DNA from: Eledone cirrhosa
Lineage: Eukaryota
DNA length: 64,000 bases
Direction: 5' to 3'
Assembly: GCA_964016885.1 (NCBI GenBank)
Contig: OZ024741.1
Location: 255,750,001 to 255,814,000, forward strand
The translations under genes and the position numbers were made by a program. Positions within the stretch are counted from its first letter, which is position 1. Each line of letters opens with the position of its first letter. The notes beneath the pieces are model-generated. The model searched no databases, had not been told where the DNA came from, and was given only the letters and a program-made list of their open reading frames with translations. Shown in pieces: positions 33,001 through 47,400 of this stretch.

Positions 33001-36000
33001 TTCTGTGTCAGTGCCAGTGTTGTTGTTGTTGCTATTTTCACTGTCAGTGCCAGTGTTGTTGCTGTTGCTGTTTTCTCTGTCAGTGCCAGTGATGTTGTAG
33101 TTGTTGCTGTTTTCTGTGTTAGTGCCAGTGTTGTTGTAGTTGTTGCTGCTTTCTGTGTCAGTGCCAGTGTTGTTGCTGTTGCTGTTTTCTCTGTCAGTGC
33201 CAGTGTTGTAGTTGTTGCTGTTTTCTCTGTCAGTGCCAGTGTTGTAGTTGTTGCTGTTTTCTGTGTCAGTGCCAGTGTTGTTGCTGTTGTTGCTGTTTTC
33301 TGTGTCAGTGCCAGTGTTGTTGTTGTTGCTGTTTTCTCTGTCAGTGCCAGTGTTTTTGTTGTTGCTGTTTTCTGTGTCAGTGCCAGTGTTGTTCTAGTTG
33401 TTGCTGTTTTCTGTGTCAGTGCCAGTGTTGTTGTAGTTGTTGCTGTTTTCTCTGTCAGTGCCAGTGTTGTTGTAGTTGTTGCTGTTTTCTCTGTCAGTGC
33501 CAGTGTTGTTGCTGTTGTTGCTGTTTTCTGTGTCAGTGCCAGTGTTGTTGTTGTTGCTGTTTTCTCTGTCAGTGCCAGTGTTTTTGTTGTTGCTGTTTTC
33601 TGTGTCAGTGCCAGTGTTGTTCTAGTTGTTGCTGTTTTCTGTGTCAGTGCCAGTGTTGTTGTAGTTGTTGCTGTTTTCTCTGTCAGTGCCAGTGTTGTTG
33701 TAGTTGTTGCTGTTTTCTCTGTCAGTGCCAGTGTTGTTGTAGTTGTTGCTGTTTTCTGTGTCAGTGCCAGTGTTGTTGTTGTTGCTGTTTTCTCTGTCAG
33801 TGCCAGTGTTGTTGTAGTTATTGCTGTTTTCTGTGTCAGTGCCACTGTTGTTGTTGCTGTTTTCTGTGTCGGTGCCAGTGTTGTTGTTGTTGCTGTTTTC
33901 TCTGTCAGTGCCAGTGTTGTTGTTGCTGTTTTCTCTGTCAGTGCCAGTGTTGTTGTAGTTGTTGCTGTTTTCTGTGTCAGTGCCAGTGTTGTTGTTGTTG
34001 CTGTTTTCTCTGTCAGTGCCAGTGATGTTGTAGTTGTTGCTGTTTTCTGTGTTAGTGCCAGTGTTGTTGTAGTTGTTGCTGTTTTCTGTGTCAGTGCCAG
34101 TGTTGTTGCTGTTGCTGTTTTCTCTGTCAGTGTCAGTGTTGTTGTAGTTGTTGCTGCTTTCTCTGTCAGTGCCAGTGTTGTTGTAGTTGTTGCTGTTTTC
34201 TGTGTCAGTGCCAGTGTTGTTGTTGTTGCTGTTTTCTCTGTCAGTGCCAGTGTTGTTGTAGTTGTTGCTGTTTTCTGTGTCAGTGCCACTGTTGTTGTTG
34301 CTGTTTTCTCTGTCAGTGCCAGTGTTGTTGTAGTTTTTGCTGTTTTCTGTGTCAGTGCCAGTGTTGTTTTTGCTGTTTTCTGTGTCAGTGCCAGTGTTGT
34401 TGTTGTTGCTGTTTTCTCTGTCAGTGCCAGTGTTGTTGCTGTTGCTATTTTCACTGTCAGTGCCAGTGTTGTTGTTGTTGCTGTTTTCTGTGTCAGTGCC
34501 AGTGTTGTTGTTGTTGCTGTTTTCTTTGTCAGTGCCAGTGTTGTTGTTGTTACTGTTGCTGTTTTCTGTGTCAGTGCCAGTGTTGTTGTAGTTGTTGCTG
34601 TTTTCTGTGCCAGTGCCAGTGTTATTGTTGCTGTTGTTGCTGTTTTCTGTGTCAGTGCCACGGTTGTTGCTGTTGTTGCCTTTTTCTGTGTCAGTGCCAA
34701 TGTTGTTGTTGCTGTTTTCTGTGTCAGTGCCAGTGTTGTTGTTGCTGTTGTTGCTGTTTTCTGTGCCAGTGTTGTTGTTGTTGCTGTTTTCTGTGTCAGT
34801 GCCAGTGTTGTTGTAGTTGTTGCTGTTTTCTGTGTCAGTGCCAGTGTTGTTGTAGTTGTTGCTGTTTTCTGTGTCAGTGCCAGTGTTGTTGTAGTTGTTG
34901 CTGTTTTCTCTGTCAGTGCCAGTGTTGTTGTAGTTGTTGATGTTTTCTGTGTCAATGCCAGTGTTGTTGTTGTTTTCTCTGTCAGTGCCAGTGTTGTTGT
35001 TGTTGCTGTTTTCTTTGTCAGTGCCAGTGTTGTTGTTGTTACTGTTGCTGTTTTCTGTGTCAGTGCCAGTGTTGTTGTAGTTGTTGCTGTTTTCTGTGCC
35101 AGTGCCAGTGTTATTGTTGCTGTTGTTGCTGTTTTCTGTGTCAGTGCCACGGTTGTTGCTGTTGTTGCCTTTTTCTGTGTCAGTGCCAATGTTGTTGTTG
35201 CTGTTTTCTGTGTCAGTGCCAGTGTTGTTGTTGCTGTTGTTGCTGTTTTCTGTGCCAGTGTTGTTGTTGTTGCTGTTTTCTGTGTCAGTGCCAGTGTTGT
35301 TGTAGTTGTTGCTGTTTTCTGTGTCAGTGCCAGTGATGTTGTAGTTGTTGCTGTTTTCTGTGTCAGTGCCAGTGTTGTTGTAGTTGTTGCTGTTTTCTCT
35401 GTCAGTGCCAGTGTTGTTGTAGTTGTTGCTGTTTTCTGTGTCAGTGCCAGTGTTGTTGCTGTTGTTGCTGTTTTCTGCGTCAGTGCCAGTGTTGTTGTTG
35501 TTGCTGTTTTCTCTGTAAGTGCCAGTGTTTTTGTTGTTGCTGTTTTCTGTGTCAGTGCCAGTGTTGTTCTAGTTGTTGCTGTTTTCTGTGTCAGTGCCAG
35601 TATTGTTGTAGTTGTTGCTGTTTTCTCTGTCAGTGCCAGTGTTGTAGTTGTTGCTGTTTTCTGTGTCAGTGCCAGTGTTGTTGTTGTTGCTGTTTTCTCT
35701 GTCAGTGCCAGTGTTGTTGTAGTTGTTGCTGTTTTCTCTGTCAGTGCCAGTGTTGTTGTAGTTGTTGCTGTTTTCTGTGTCAGTGCCGGTGTTGTTGTTG
35801 TTGCTGTTTTCTCTGTCAATGCCAATGTTGTTGTTGTTGCTGTTTTCTCTGTCAGTGCCAGTGTTGTTGTTGTTGCTGTTTTCTGTGTCAGTGCCAGTGT
35901 TGTTGTTGTTGCTGTTTTCTGTGTCAGTGCCAGTGTTGTTGTAGTTGTTGCTGTTTTCTGTGCCAGTGCCAGTGTTGTTGTAGTTGTTGCTGTTTTCTGT

Positions 36001-38499
36001 GTCAGTGCCAGTGTTGTTGTAGTTGTTGCTGTTTTCTCTGTGAGTGCCAGTGTTGTTGTAGTTGTTGCTGTTTTCTCTGTCAGTGCCAGTGTTGTTGTAG
36101 TTGTTGCTGTTTTCTGTGTCAGTGCCAGTGTTGTTGTTGTTGCTGTTTTCTCTGTCAGTGCCAGTGTTGTTGTAGTTGTTGCTGTTTTCTGTGTCAGTGC
36201 CAGTGTTGTTGTAGTTGTTGCTGTTTTCTCTGTCAGTGCCAGTGTTGTTGTAGTTGTTGCTGTTTTCTGTGTCAGTGCCAGTGTTGTTGTTGCTGTTTTC
36301 TCTGTCAGTGCCAGTGTTGTTGTAGCTGTTGCTGTTTTCTCTGTCAGTGCCAGTGATGTTGTAGTTGTTGCTGTTTTCTCTGTCAGTGCCAGTGTTGTAG
36401 TTGTTGCTGTTTTCTGTGTCAGTGCCAGTGTTGTTGCTGTTGCTGTTTTCTCTGTCAGTGCCAGTGTTGTTGTAGTTGTTGCTGTTTTCTGTGTCAGTGC
36501 CAGTGTTGTTGTTGTTGCTGTTTTCTCTGTCAGTGCCAGTGTTGTTGTAGTTTTTGCTGTTTTCTGTGTCAGTGCCAGTGTTGTTGTTGCTGTTTTCTGT
36601 GTCAGTGCCAGTGTTGTTGTTGTTGCTGTTTTCTCTGTCAGTGCCAGTGTTGTTGTTGCTGTTTTCTCTGTCAGTGCCAGTGTTGTAGTTGTTGCTGTTT
36701 TCTCTGTCAGTGCCAGTGTTGTTGTAGTTGTTGCTGTTTTCTGTGTCAGTGCCAGTGTTGTTGCTGTTGTTGCTGTTTTCTGTGTCAGTGCCAGTGTTGT
36801 TGTTGTTGCTGTTTTCTCTGTCAGTGCCAGTGTTTTTGTTGTTGCTGTTTTCTGTGTCAGTGCCAGTGTTGTTCTAGTTGTTGCTGTTTTCTGTGTCAGT
36901 GCCAGTGTTGTTGTAGTTGTTGCTGTTTTCTCTGTCAGTGCCAGTGTTGTTGTAGTTGTTGCTGTTTTCTCTGTCAGTGCCAGTGTTGTTGTAGTTGTTG
37001 CTGTTTTCTGTGTCAGTGCCACTGTTGTTGTTGCTGTTTTCTGTGTCAGTGCCAGTGTTGTTGTTGTTGCTGTTTTCTCTGTCAGTGCCAGTGTTGTTGT
37101 TGCTGTTTTCTCTGTCAGTGCCAGTGTTGTTGTTGCTGTTTTCTGTGTTAGTGCCATTGTTATTGCTGTTGTTGCTGTTTTCTCTGTCAGTGCCAGTGTT
37201 GTTGTTGCTGTTGTTGCTGTTGCTGTTTTCTCTGTCAGTGCCAGTGCTGTTGTAGTTGTTGCTGTTTTCTCTGTCAGTGCCAGTGTTGTAGTTGTTGCTG
37301 TTTTCTGTGTCAGTGCCAGTGTTGTTGTTGTTGCTGTTTTCTCTGTCAGTGCCAGTGTTGTTGTAGTTGTTGCTGTTTTCTCTGTCAGTGCCAGTGTTGT
37401 TGTAGTTGTTGCTGTTTTCTGTGTCAGTGCCAGTGTTGTTGTTGTTGCTGTTTTCTCTGTCAGTGCCAGTGTTGTTGTAGTTGTTGCTGTTTTCTGTGTC
37501 AGTGCCAGTGTTGTTGTAGTTGTTGCCGTTTTCTCTGTCAGTGCCAGTGTTGTTGTAGTTGTTGCTGTTTTCTGTGTCAGTGCCAGTGTTGTTGTTGCTG
37601 TTTTCTCTGTCAGTGCCAGTGTTGTTGTAGCTGTTGCTGTTTTCTCTGTCAGTGCCAGTGATGTTGTAGTTGTTGCTGTTTTCTCTGTCAGTGCCAGTGT
37701 TGTAGTTGTTGCTGTTTTCTGTGTCAGTGCCAGTGTTGTTGCTGTTGCTGTTTTCTCTGTCAGTGCCAGTGTTGTTGTAGTTGTTGCTGCTTTCTCTGTC
37801 AGTGCCAGTGTTGTTGTAGTTGTTGCTGTTTTCTGTGTCAGTGCCAGTGTTGTTGTTGTTGCTGTTTTCTCTGTCAGTGCCAGTGTTGTTGTAGTTTTTG
37901 CTGTTTTCTGTGTCAGTGCCAGTGTTGTTGTTGCTGTTTTCTGTGTCAGTGCCAGTGTTGTTGTTGTTGCTGTTTTCTCTGTCAGTGCCAGTGTTGTTGT
38001 TGCTGTTTTCTCTGTCAGTGCCAGTGTTGTTGTAGTTGTTGCTGTTTTCTCTGTCAGTGCCAGTGTTGTTGTAGTTGTTGCTGTTTTCTGTGTCAATGCC
38101 AGTGTTGTTGTTGTTGCTGTTTTCTCTGTCAGTGCCAGTGTTGTAGTTGTTGCTGTTTTCTCTGTCAGTGCCAGTGTTGTTGTAGTTGTTGCTGTTTTCT
38201 GTGTCAGTGCCAGTGTTGTTGCTGTTGTTGCTGTTTTCTGTGTCAGTGCCAGTGTTGTTGTTGTTGCTGTTTTCTCTGTCAGTGCCAGTGTTTTTGTTGT
38301 TGCTGTTTTCTGTGTCAGTGCCAGTGTTGTTCTAGTTGTTGCTGTTTTCTGTGTCAGTGCCAGTGTTGTTGTAGTTGTTGCTGTTTTCTCTGTCAGTGCC
38401 AGTGTTGTTGTAGTTGTTGCTGTTTTCTCTGTCAGTGCCAGTGTTGTTGTAGTTGTTGCTGTTTTCTGTGTCAGTGCCACTGTTGTTGTTGCTGTTTTC

Positions 38500-41400
38500 T
38501 GTGTCAGTGCCAGTGTTGTTGTTGTTGCTGTTTTCTCTGTCAGTGCCAGTGTTGTTGTTGCTGTTTTCTCTGTCAGTGCCAGTGTTGTTGTTGCTGTTTT
38601 CTGTGTCAGTGCCATTGTTATTGCTGTTGTTGCTGTTTTCTCTGTCAGTGCCAGTGTTGTTGTTGCTGTTGTTGCTGTTGCTGTTTTCTCTGTCAGTGCC
38701 AGTGCTGTTGTAGTTGTTGCTGTTTTCTCTGTCAGTGCCAGTGTTGTAGTTGTTGCTGTTTTCTGTGTCAGTGCCAGTGTTGTTGTTGTTGCTGTTTTCT
38801 CTGTCAGTGCCAGTGTTGTTGTAGTTGTTGCTGTTTTCTCTGTCAGTGCCAGTGTTGTTGTAGTTGTTGCTGTTTTCTGTGTCAGTGCCAGTGTTGTTGT
38901 TGCTGTTTTCTCTGTCAGTGCCAGTGTTGTTGTAGTTGTTGCTGTTTTCTGTGTCAGTGCCAGTGTTGTTGTAGTTGTTGCCGTTTTCTCTGTCAGTGCC
39001 ATTGTTGTTGTAGTTGTTGCTGTTTTCTGTGTCAGTGCCAGTGTTGTTGTTGCTGTTTTCTCTGTCAGTGCCAGTGTTGTAGTTGTTGCTGTTTTCTCTG
39101 TCAGTGCCAGTGTTGTTGTTGTTGTTGCTGTTTTCTCTGTCAGTGCCAGTGTTGTTGTTGTTGTTGCTGTTTTCTCTGTCAGTGCCAGTGTTGTTGTTGT
39201 TGCTATTTTCACTGTCAGTGCCAGTGTTGTTGTTGTTGCTATTTTCACTATCAGTGCCAGTGTTGTTGTTGTTGCTATTTTCACTGTCAGTGCCAGTGTT
39301 GTTGTTGTTACTGTTGCTGTTTTCTGTGTCAGTGCCAGTGTTGTTGTTGTTACTGTTGCTGTTTCCTGTGCCACTGCCAGTGTTATTGTTGCTGTTGTTG
39401 CTGTTTTGTCTGTCAGTGCCAGTGTTGTAGTTGTTGCTGTTTTCTCTGTCAGTGCCAGTGTTGTTGTAGTTGTTGCTGTTTTATGTGTCAGTGCCAGTGT
39501 TGTTGTTGTTGCTGTTTTCTGTGTCAGTGCCAGTGTTGTTGTTGTTGCTATTTTCACTGTCAGTGCCAGTGTTGTTGCTGTTGCTGTTTTCTCTGTCAGT
39601 GCCAGTGATGTTGTAGTTGTTGCTGTTTTCTGTGTTAGTGCCAGTGTTGTTGTAGTTGTTGCTGTTTTCTGTGTCAGTGCCAGTGTTGTTGCTGTTGCTG
39701 TTTTCTCTGTCAGTGCCAGTGTTGTTGTAGTTGTTGCTGTTTTCTGTGTTAGTGCCAGTGTTGTTGTAGTTGTTGCTGTTTTCTGTGTCAGTGACAGTGT
39801 TGTTGCTGTTGCTGTTTTCTGTGTCAGTGCCACTGTTGTTGTTGCTGTTTTCTGTGTCTGTGCCAGTGTTGTTGTTGTTGCTGTTTTCTCTGTCAGTGCC
39901 AGTGTTGTTGTTGCTGTTTTCTCTGTCAGTGTCAGTGTTGTTGTAGTTGTTGCTGTTTTTTGTGTCAGTGCCAGTGTTGTTATAGTTGTTGCTGTTTTCT
40001 CTGTCAGTGCCAGTGTTGTAGTTGTTGCTGTTTTCTCTGTCAGTGCCAGTGTTGTTGTAGTTGTTGCTGTTTTCTGTGTCAGTGCCAGTGTTGTTGTTGT
40101 TGCTGTTTTCTGTGTCAGTGCCAGTGTTGTTGTTGTTGCTATGTTCACTGTCAGTGCCAGTGTTGTTGCTGTTGCTGTTTTCTCTGTCAGTGCCAGTGAT
40201 GTTGTAGTTGTTGCTGTTTTCTGTGTTAGTGCCAGTGTTGTTGTAGTTGTTGCTGCTTTCTGTGTCAGTGCCAGTGTTGTTGCTGTTGCTGTTTTCTTTG
40301 TCAATGCCAGTGTTGTTGTAGTTGTTGCTGCTTTCTCTGTCAGTGCCAGTGTTGTTGTAGTTGTTGCTGTTTTCTGTGTCAGTGCCAGTGTTGTTGTAGT
40401 TGTTGCTGTTTTCTGTGTCAGTGCCAGTGTTGTTGTTGTTGATGTTTTCTCTGTCAGTGCCAGTGTTGTTGTAGTTGTTGCTGTTTTCTGTGTCAGTGCC
40501 ACTGTTGTTGTTGCTGTTTTCTCTGTCAGTGCCAGTGTTGTTGCTGTTGCTATTTTCACTGTCAGTGCCAGTGTTGTTGTTGTTGCTGTTTTCTGTGTCA
40601 GTGCCAGTGTTGTTGTTGTTGCTGTTTTCTTTGTCAGTGCCAGTGTTGTTGTTGTTACTGTTGCTGTTTTCTGTGTCAGTTCCAGTGTTGCTGTTGCTGT
40701 TTTCTGTGCCAGTGCCAGTGTTATTGTTGCTGTTGTTGTTGTTTTCTGTGTCAGTGCCACGGTTGTTGTTGCTGTTGTTGCTGTTTTCTGTGTCAGTGTC
40801 AGTGTTGTTGTTGCTGTTTTCTGTGTCAGTGCCAGTGTTGTTGCTGTTGTTGCTGTTTTCTGTGCCAGTGTTGTTGTAGTTGTTGCTGTTTTGTGTGTCA
40901 GTGCCGGTGTTGTTGTTGTTGCTGTTTTCTCTGTCAGTGCCAGTGTTGTTGTTGTTGCTGTTTTCTCTGTCAGTGCCAGTGTTGTTGTTGTTGCTGTTTT
41001 CTGTGTCAGTGCCAGTGTTGTTGTAGTTGTTGCTGTTTTCTGTGTCAGTGCCAGTGTTGTTGTAGTTGTTGCTGTTTTCTGTGTCAGTGCCAGTGTTGTT
41101 GTAGTTGTTGCTGTTTTCTCTGTCAGTGCCAGTGTTGTTGTAGTTGTTGCTGTTTTCTCTGTCAGTGCCAGTGTTGTTGTAGTTGTTGATGTTTTCTGTG
41201 TCAATGCCAGTGTTGTTGTTGTTGCTGTTTTCTCTGTCAGTGCCAGTGTTGTAGTTGTTGCTGTTTTCTCTGTCAGTGCCAGTGTTGTAGTTGTTGCTGT
41301 TTTCTGTGTCAGTGCCAGTGTTGTTGCTGTTGTTGCTGTTTTCTGTGTCAGTGCCAGTGTTGTTGTTGTTGCTGTTTTCTCTGTCAGTGCCAGTGTTTTT

Positions 41401-44400
41401 GTTGTTGCTGTTTTCTGTGTCAGTGCCAGTGTTGTTCTAGTTGTTGCTGTTTTCTGTGTCAGTGCCAGTGTTGTTGTAGTTGTTGCTGTTTTCTCTGTCA
41501 GTGCCAGTGTTGTTGTAGTTGTTGCTGTTTTCTCTGTCAGTGCCAGTGTTGTTGTAGTTGTTGCTGTTTTCTGTGTCAGTGCCAGTGTTGTTGTTGTTGC
41601 TGTTTTCTCTGTCAGTGCCAGTGTTGTTGTAGTTGTTGCTGTTTTCTGTGTCAGTGCCACTGTTGTTGTTGCTGTTTTCTCTGTCAGTGCCAGTGTTGTT
41701 GTAGTTGTTGCTGTTTTCTGTGTCAGTGCCAGTGTTGTTGTTGTTGCTGTTTTCTCTGTCAGTGCCAGTGATGTTGTAGTTGTTGCTGTTTTCTGTGTTA
41801 GTGCCAGTGTTGTTGTAGTTGTTGCTGTTTTCTGTGTCAGTGCCAGTGTTGTTGCTGTTGCTGTTTTCTCTGTCAGTGTCAGTGTTGTTGTAGTTGTTGC
41901 TGCTTTCTCTGTCAGTGCCAGTGTTGTTGTAGTTGTTGCTGTTTTCTGTATCAGTGCCAGTGTTGTTGTTGTTGCTGTTTTCTCTGTCAGTGCCAGTGTT
42001 GTTGTAGTTGTTGCTGTTTTCTGTGTCAGTGCCACTGTTGTTGTTGCTGTTTTCTCTGTCAGTGCCAGTGTTGTTGTAGTTTTTGCTGTTTTCTGTGTCA
42101 GTGCCAGTGTTGTTTTTGCTGTTTTCTGTGTCAGTGCCAGTGTTGTTGTTGTTGCTGTTTTCTCTGTCAGTGCCAGTGTTGTTGCTGTTGCTATTTTCAC
42201 TGTCAGTGCCAGTGTTGTTGTTGTTGCTGTTTTCTGTGTCAGTGCCAGTGTTGTTGTTGTTGCTGTTTTCTTTGTCAATGCCAGTGTTGTTGTTGTTACT
42301 GTTGCTGTTTTCTGTGTCAGTGCCAGTGTTGTTGTAGTTGTTGCTGTTTTCTGTGCCAGTGCCAGTGTTATTGTTGCTGTTGTTGCTGTTTTCTGTGTCA
42401 GTGCCACAGTTGTTGCTGTTGTTGCTGTTTTCTGTGTCAGTGCCAGTGTTGTTGTTGCTGTTTTCTGTGTCAGTGCCAGTGTTGTTGTTGCTGTTGTTGC
42501 TGTTTTCTGTGCCAGTGTTGTTGTAGTTGTTGCTGTTTTCTGTGTCAGTGCCAGTGTTGTTGTTGTTGCTGTTTTCTCTGTCAGTGCCAGTGTTGTTGTT
42601 GCTGTTTTCTCTGTCAGTGCCAGTGTTGTTGTTGCTGTTTTCTGTGTCAGTGCCATTGTTATTGCTGTTGTTGCTGTTTTCTCTGTCAGTGCCAGTGTTG
42701 TTGTTGCTGTTGTTGCTGTTGCTGTTTTCTCTGTCAGTGCCAGTGTTGTTGTAGTTGTTGCTGTTTTCTCTGTCAGTGCCAGTGTTGTAGTTGTTGCTGT
42801 TTTCTGTGTCAGTGCCAGTGTTGTTGTTGTTGCTGTTTTCTCTGTCAGTGCCAGTGTTGTTGTAGTTGTTGCTGTTTTCTCTGTCAGTGCCAGTGTTGTT
42901 GTAGTTGTTGCTGTTTTCTGTGTCAGTGCCAGTGTTGTTGTTGTTGCTGTTTTCTCTGTCAGTGCCAGTGTTGTTGTAGTTGTTGCTGTTTTCTGTGTCA
43001 GTGCCAGTGTTGTTGTAGTTGTTGCCGTTTTCTCTGTCAGTGCCAGTGTTGTTGTAGTTGTTGCTGTTTTCTGTGTCAGTGCCAGTGTTGTTGTTGCTGT
43101 TTTCTCTGTCAGTGCCAGTGTTGTAGTTGTTGCTGTTTTCTCTGTCAGTGCCAGTGTTGTTGTTGTTGTTGCTGTTTTCTCTGTCAGTGCCAGTGTTGTT
43201 GTTGTTGTTGCTGTTTTCTCTGTCAGTGCCAGTGTTGTTGTTGTTGCTATTTTCACTGTCAGTGCCAGTGTTGTTGTTGTTGCTATTTTCACTATCAGTG
43301 CCAGTGTTGTTGTTGCTATTTTCACTGTCAGTGCCAGTGTTGTTGTTGTTACTGTTGCTGTTTTCTGTGTCAGTGCCAGTGTTGTTGTTGTTACTGTTGC
43401 TGTTTCCTGTGCCACTGCCAGTGTTATTGTTGCTGTTGTTGCTGTTTTGTCTGTCAGTGCCAGTGTTGTAGTTGTTGCTGTTTTCTCTGTCAGTGCCAGT
43501 GTTGTTGTAGTTGTTGCTGTTTTATGTGTCAGTGCCAGTGTTGTTGTTGTTGCTGTTTTCTGTGTCAGTGCCAGTGTTGTTGTTGTTGCTATTTTCACTG
43601 TCAGTGCCAGTGTTGTTGCTGTTGCTGTTTTCTCTGTCAGTGCCAGTGATGTTGTAGTTGTTGCTGTTTTCTGTGTTAGTGCCAGTGTTGTTGTAGTTGT
43701 TGCTGTTTTCTGTGTCAGTGCCAGTGTTGTTGCTGTTGCTGTTTTCTCTGTCAGTGCCAGTGTTGTTGTAGTTGTTGCTGTTTTCTGTGTTAGTGCCAGT
43801 GTTGTTGTAGTTGTTGCTGTTTTCTGTGTCAGTGACAGTGTTGTTGCTGTTGCTGTTTTCTGTGTCAGTGCCACTGTTGTTGTTGCTGTTTTCTGTGTCT
43901 GTGCCAGTGTTGTTGTTGTTGCTGTTTTCTCTGTCAGTGCCAGTGTTGTTGTTGCTGTTTTCTCTGTCAGTGTCAGTGTTGTTGTAGTTGTTGCTGTTTT
44001 TTGTGTCAGTGCCAGTGTTGTTATAGTTGTTGCTGTTTTCTCTGTCAGTGCCAGTGTTGTAGTTGTTGCTGTTTTCTCTGTCAGTGCCAGTGTTGTTGTA
44101 GTTGTTGCTGTTTTCTGTGTCAGTGCCAGTGTTGTTGTTGTTGCTGTTTTCTGTGTCAGTGCCAGTGTTGTTGTTGTTGCTATTTTCACTGTCAGTGCCA
44201 GTGTTGTTGCTGTTGCTGTTTTCTCTGTCAGTGCCAGTGATGTTGTAGTTGTTGCTGTTTTCTGTGTTAGTGCCAGTGTTGTTGTAGTTGTTGCTGCTTT
44301 CTGTGTCAGTGCCAGTGTTGTTGCTGTTGCTGTTTTCTTTGTCAATGCCAGTGTTGTTGTAGTTGTTGCTGCTTTCTCTGTCAGTGCCAGTGTTGTTGTA

Positions 44401-47400
44401 GTTGTTGCTGTTTTCTGTGTCAGTGCCAGTGTTGTTGTAGTTGTTGCTGTTTTCTGTGTCAGTGCCAGTGTTGTTGTTGTTGATGTTTTCTCTGTCAGTG
44501 CCAGTGTTGTTGTAGTTGTTGCTGTTTTCTGTGTCAGTGCCACTGTTGTTGTTGCTGTTTTCTCTGTCAGTGCCAGTGTTGTTGCTGTTGCTATTTTCAC
44601 TGTCAGTGCCAGTGTTGTTGTTGTTGCTGTTTTCTGTGTCAGTGCCAGTGTTGTTGTTGTTGCTGTTTTCTTTGTCAGTGCCAGTGTTGTTGTTGTTACT
44701 GTTGCTGTTTTCTGTGTCAGTTCCAGTGTTGCTGTTGCTGTTTTCTGTGCCAGTGCCAGTGTTATTGTTGCTGTTGTTGTTGTTTTCTGTGTCAGTGCCA
44801 CGGTTGTTGTTGCTGTTGTTGCTGTTTTCTGTGTCAGTGTCAGTGTTGTTGTTGCTGTTTTCTGTGTCAGTGCCAGTGTTGTTGTTGCTGTTGTTGCTGT
44901 TTTCTGTGCCAGTGTTGTTGTAGTTGTTGCTGTTTTGTGTGTCAGTGCCGGTGTTGTTGTTGTTGCTGTTTTCTCTGTCAGTGCCAGTGTTGTTGTTGTT
45001 GCTGTTTTCTCTGTCAGTGCCAGTGTTGTTGTTGTTGCTGTTTTCTGTGTCAGTGCCAGTGTTGTTGTAGTTGTTGCTGTTTTCTGTGTCAGTGCCAGTG
45101 TTGTTGTAGTTGTTGCTGTTTTCTGTGTCAGTGCCAGTGTTGTTGAAGTTGTTGCTGTTTTCTCTGTCAGTGCCAGTGTTGTTGTAGTTGTTGCTGTTTT
45201 CTCTGTCAGTGCCAGTGTTGTTGTAGTTGTTGATGTTTTCTGTGTCAATGCCAGTGTTGTTGTTGTTGCTGTTTTCTCTGTCAGTGCCAGTGTTGTAGTT
45301 GTTGCTGTTTTCTCTGTCAGTGCCAGTGTTGTAGTTGTTGCTGTTTTCTGTGTCAGTGCCAGTGTTGTTGCTGTTGTTGCTGTTTTCTGTGTCAGTGCCA
45401 GTGTTGTTGTTGTTGCTGTTTTCTCTGTCAGTGCCAGTGTTTTTGTTGTTGCTGTTTTCTGTGTCAGTGCCAGTGTTGTTCTAGTTGTTGCTGTTTTCTG
45501 TGTCAGTGCCAGTGTTGTTGTAGTTGTTGCTGTTTTCTCTGTCAGTGCCAGTGTTGTTGTAGTTGTTGCTGTTTTCTCTGTCAGTGCCAGTGTTGTTGTA
45601 GTTGTTGCTGTTTTCTGTGTCAGTGCCACTGTTGTTGTTGCTGTTTTCTCTGTCAGTGCCAGTGTTGTTGTAGTTGTTGCTGTTTTCTGTGTCAGTGCCA
45701 GTGTTGTTGTTGTTGCTGTTTTCTCTGTCAGTGCCAGTGATGTTGTAGTTGTTGCTGTTTTCTGTGTTAGTGCCAGTGTTGTTGTAGTTGTTGCTGTTTT
45801 CTGTGTCAGTGCCAGTGTTGTTGCTGTTGCTGTTTTCTCTGTCAGTGTCAGTGTTGTTGTAGTTGTTGCTGATTTCTCTGTCAGTGCCAGTGTTGTTGTA
45901 GTTGTTGCTGTTTTCTGTGTCAGTGCCAGTGTTGTTGTTGTTGCTGTTTTCTCTGTCAGTGCCAGTGTTGTTGTAGTTGTTGCTGTTTTCTGTGTCAGTG
46001 CCACTGTTGTTGTTGCTGTTTTCTCTGTCAGTGCCAGTGTTGTTGTAGTTTTTGCTGTTTTCTGTGTCAGTGCCAGTGTTGTTTTTGCTGTTTTCTGTGT
46101 CAGTGCCAGTGTTGTTGTTGTTGCTGTTTTCTCTGTCAGTGCCAGTGTTGTTGCTGTTGCTATTTTCACTGTCAGTGCCAGTGTTGTTGTTGTTGCTGTT
46201 TTCTGTGTCAGTGCCAGTGTTGTTGTTGTTGCTGTTTTCTTTGTCAATGCCAGTGTTGTTGTTGTTACTGTTGCTGTTTTCTGTGTCAGTGCCAGTGTTG
46301 TTGTAGTTGTTGCTGTTTTCTGTGCCAGTGCCAGTGTTATTGTTGCTGTTGTTGCTGTTTTCTGTGTCAGTGCCACAGTTGTTGCTGTTGTTGCTGTTTT
46401 CTGTGTCAGTGCCAGTGTTGTTGTTGCTGTTTTCTGTGTCAGTGCCAGTGTTGTTGTTGCTGTTGTTGCTGTTTTCTGTGCCAGTGTTGTTGTAGTTGTT
46501 GCTGTTTTCTGTGTCAGTGCCAGTGTTGTTGTTGTTGCTGTTTTCTCTGTCAGTGCCAGTGTTGTTGTTGCTGTTTTCTCTGTCAGTGCCAGTGTTGTTG
46601 TTGCTGTTTTCTGTGTCAGTGCCATTGTTATTGCTGTTGTTGCTGTTTTCTCTGTCAGTGCCAGTGTTGTTGTTGCTGTTGTTGCTGTTGCTGTTTTCTC
46701 TGTCAGTGCCAGTGCTGTTGTAGTTGTTGCTGTTTTCTCTGTCAGTGCCAGTGTTGTAGTTGTTGCTGTTTTCTGTGTCAGTGCCAGTGTTGTTGTTGTT
46801 GCTGTTTTCTCTGTCAGTGCCAGTGTTGTTGTAGTTGTTGCTGTTTTCTCTGTCAGTGCCAGTGTTGTTGTAGTTGTTGCTGTTTTCTGTGTCAGTGCCA
46901 GTGTTGTTGTTGTTGCTGCTTTCTCTGTCAGTGCCAGTGTTGTTGTAGTTGTTGCTGTTTTCTGTGTCAGTGCCAGTGTTGTTGTAGTTGTTGCCGTTTT
47001 CTCTGTCAGTGCCAGTGTTGTTGTAGTTGTTGCTGTTTTCTGTGTCAGTGCCAGTGTTGTTGTTGCTGTTTTCTCTGTCAGTGCCAGTGTTGTAGTTGTT
47101 GCTGTTTTCTCTGTCAGTGCCAGTGTTGTTGTTGTTGTTGCTGTTTTCTCTGTCAGTGCCAGTGTTGTTGTTGTTGTTGCTGTTTTCTCTGTCAGTGCCA
47201 GTGTTGTTGTTGTTGCTATTTTCACTGTCAGTGCCAGTGTTGTTGTTGTTGTTGCTATTTTCACTATCAGTGCCAGTGTTGTTGTTGTTGCTATTTTCAC
47301 TGTCAGTGCCAGTGTTGTTGTTGTTACTGTTGCTGTTTTCTGTGTCAGTGCCAGTGTTGTTGTTGTTACTGTTGCTGTTTCCTGTGCCACTGCCAGTGTT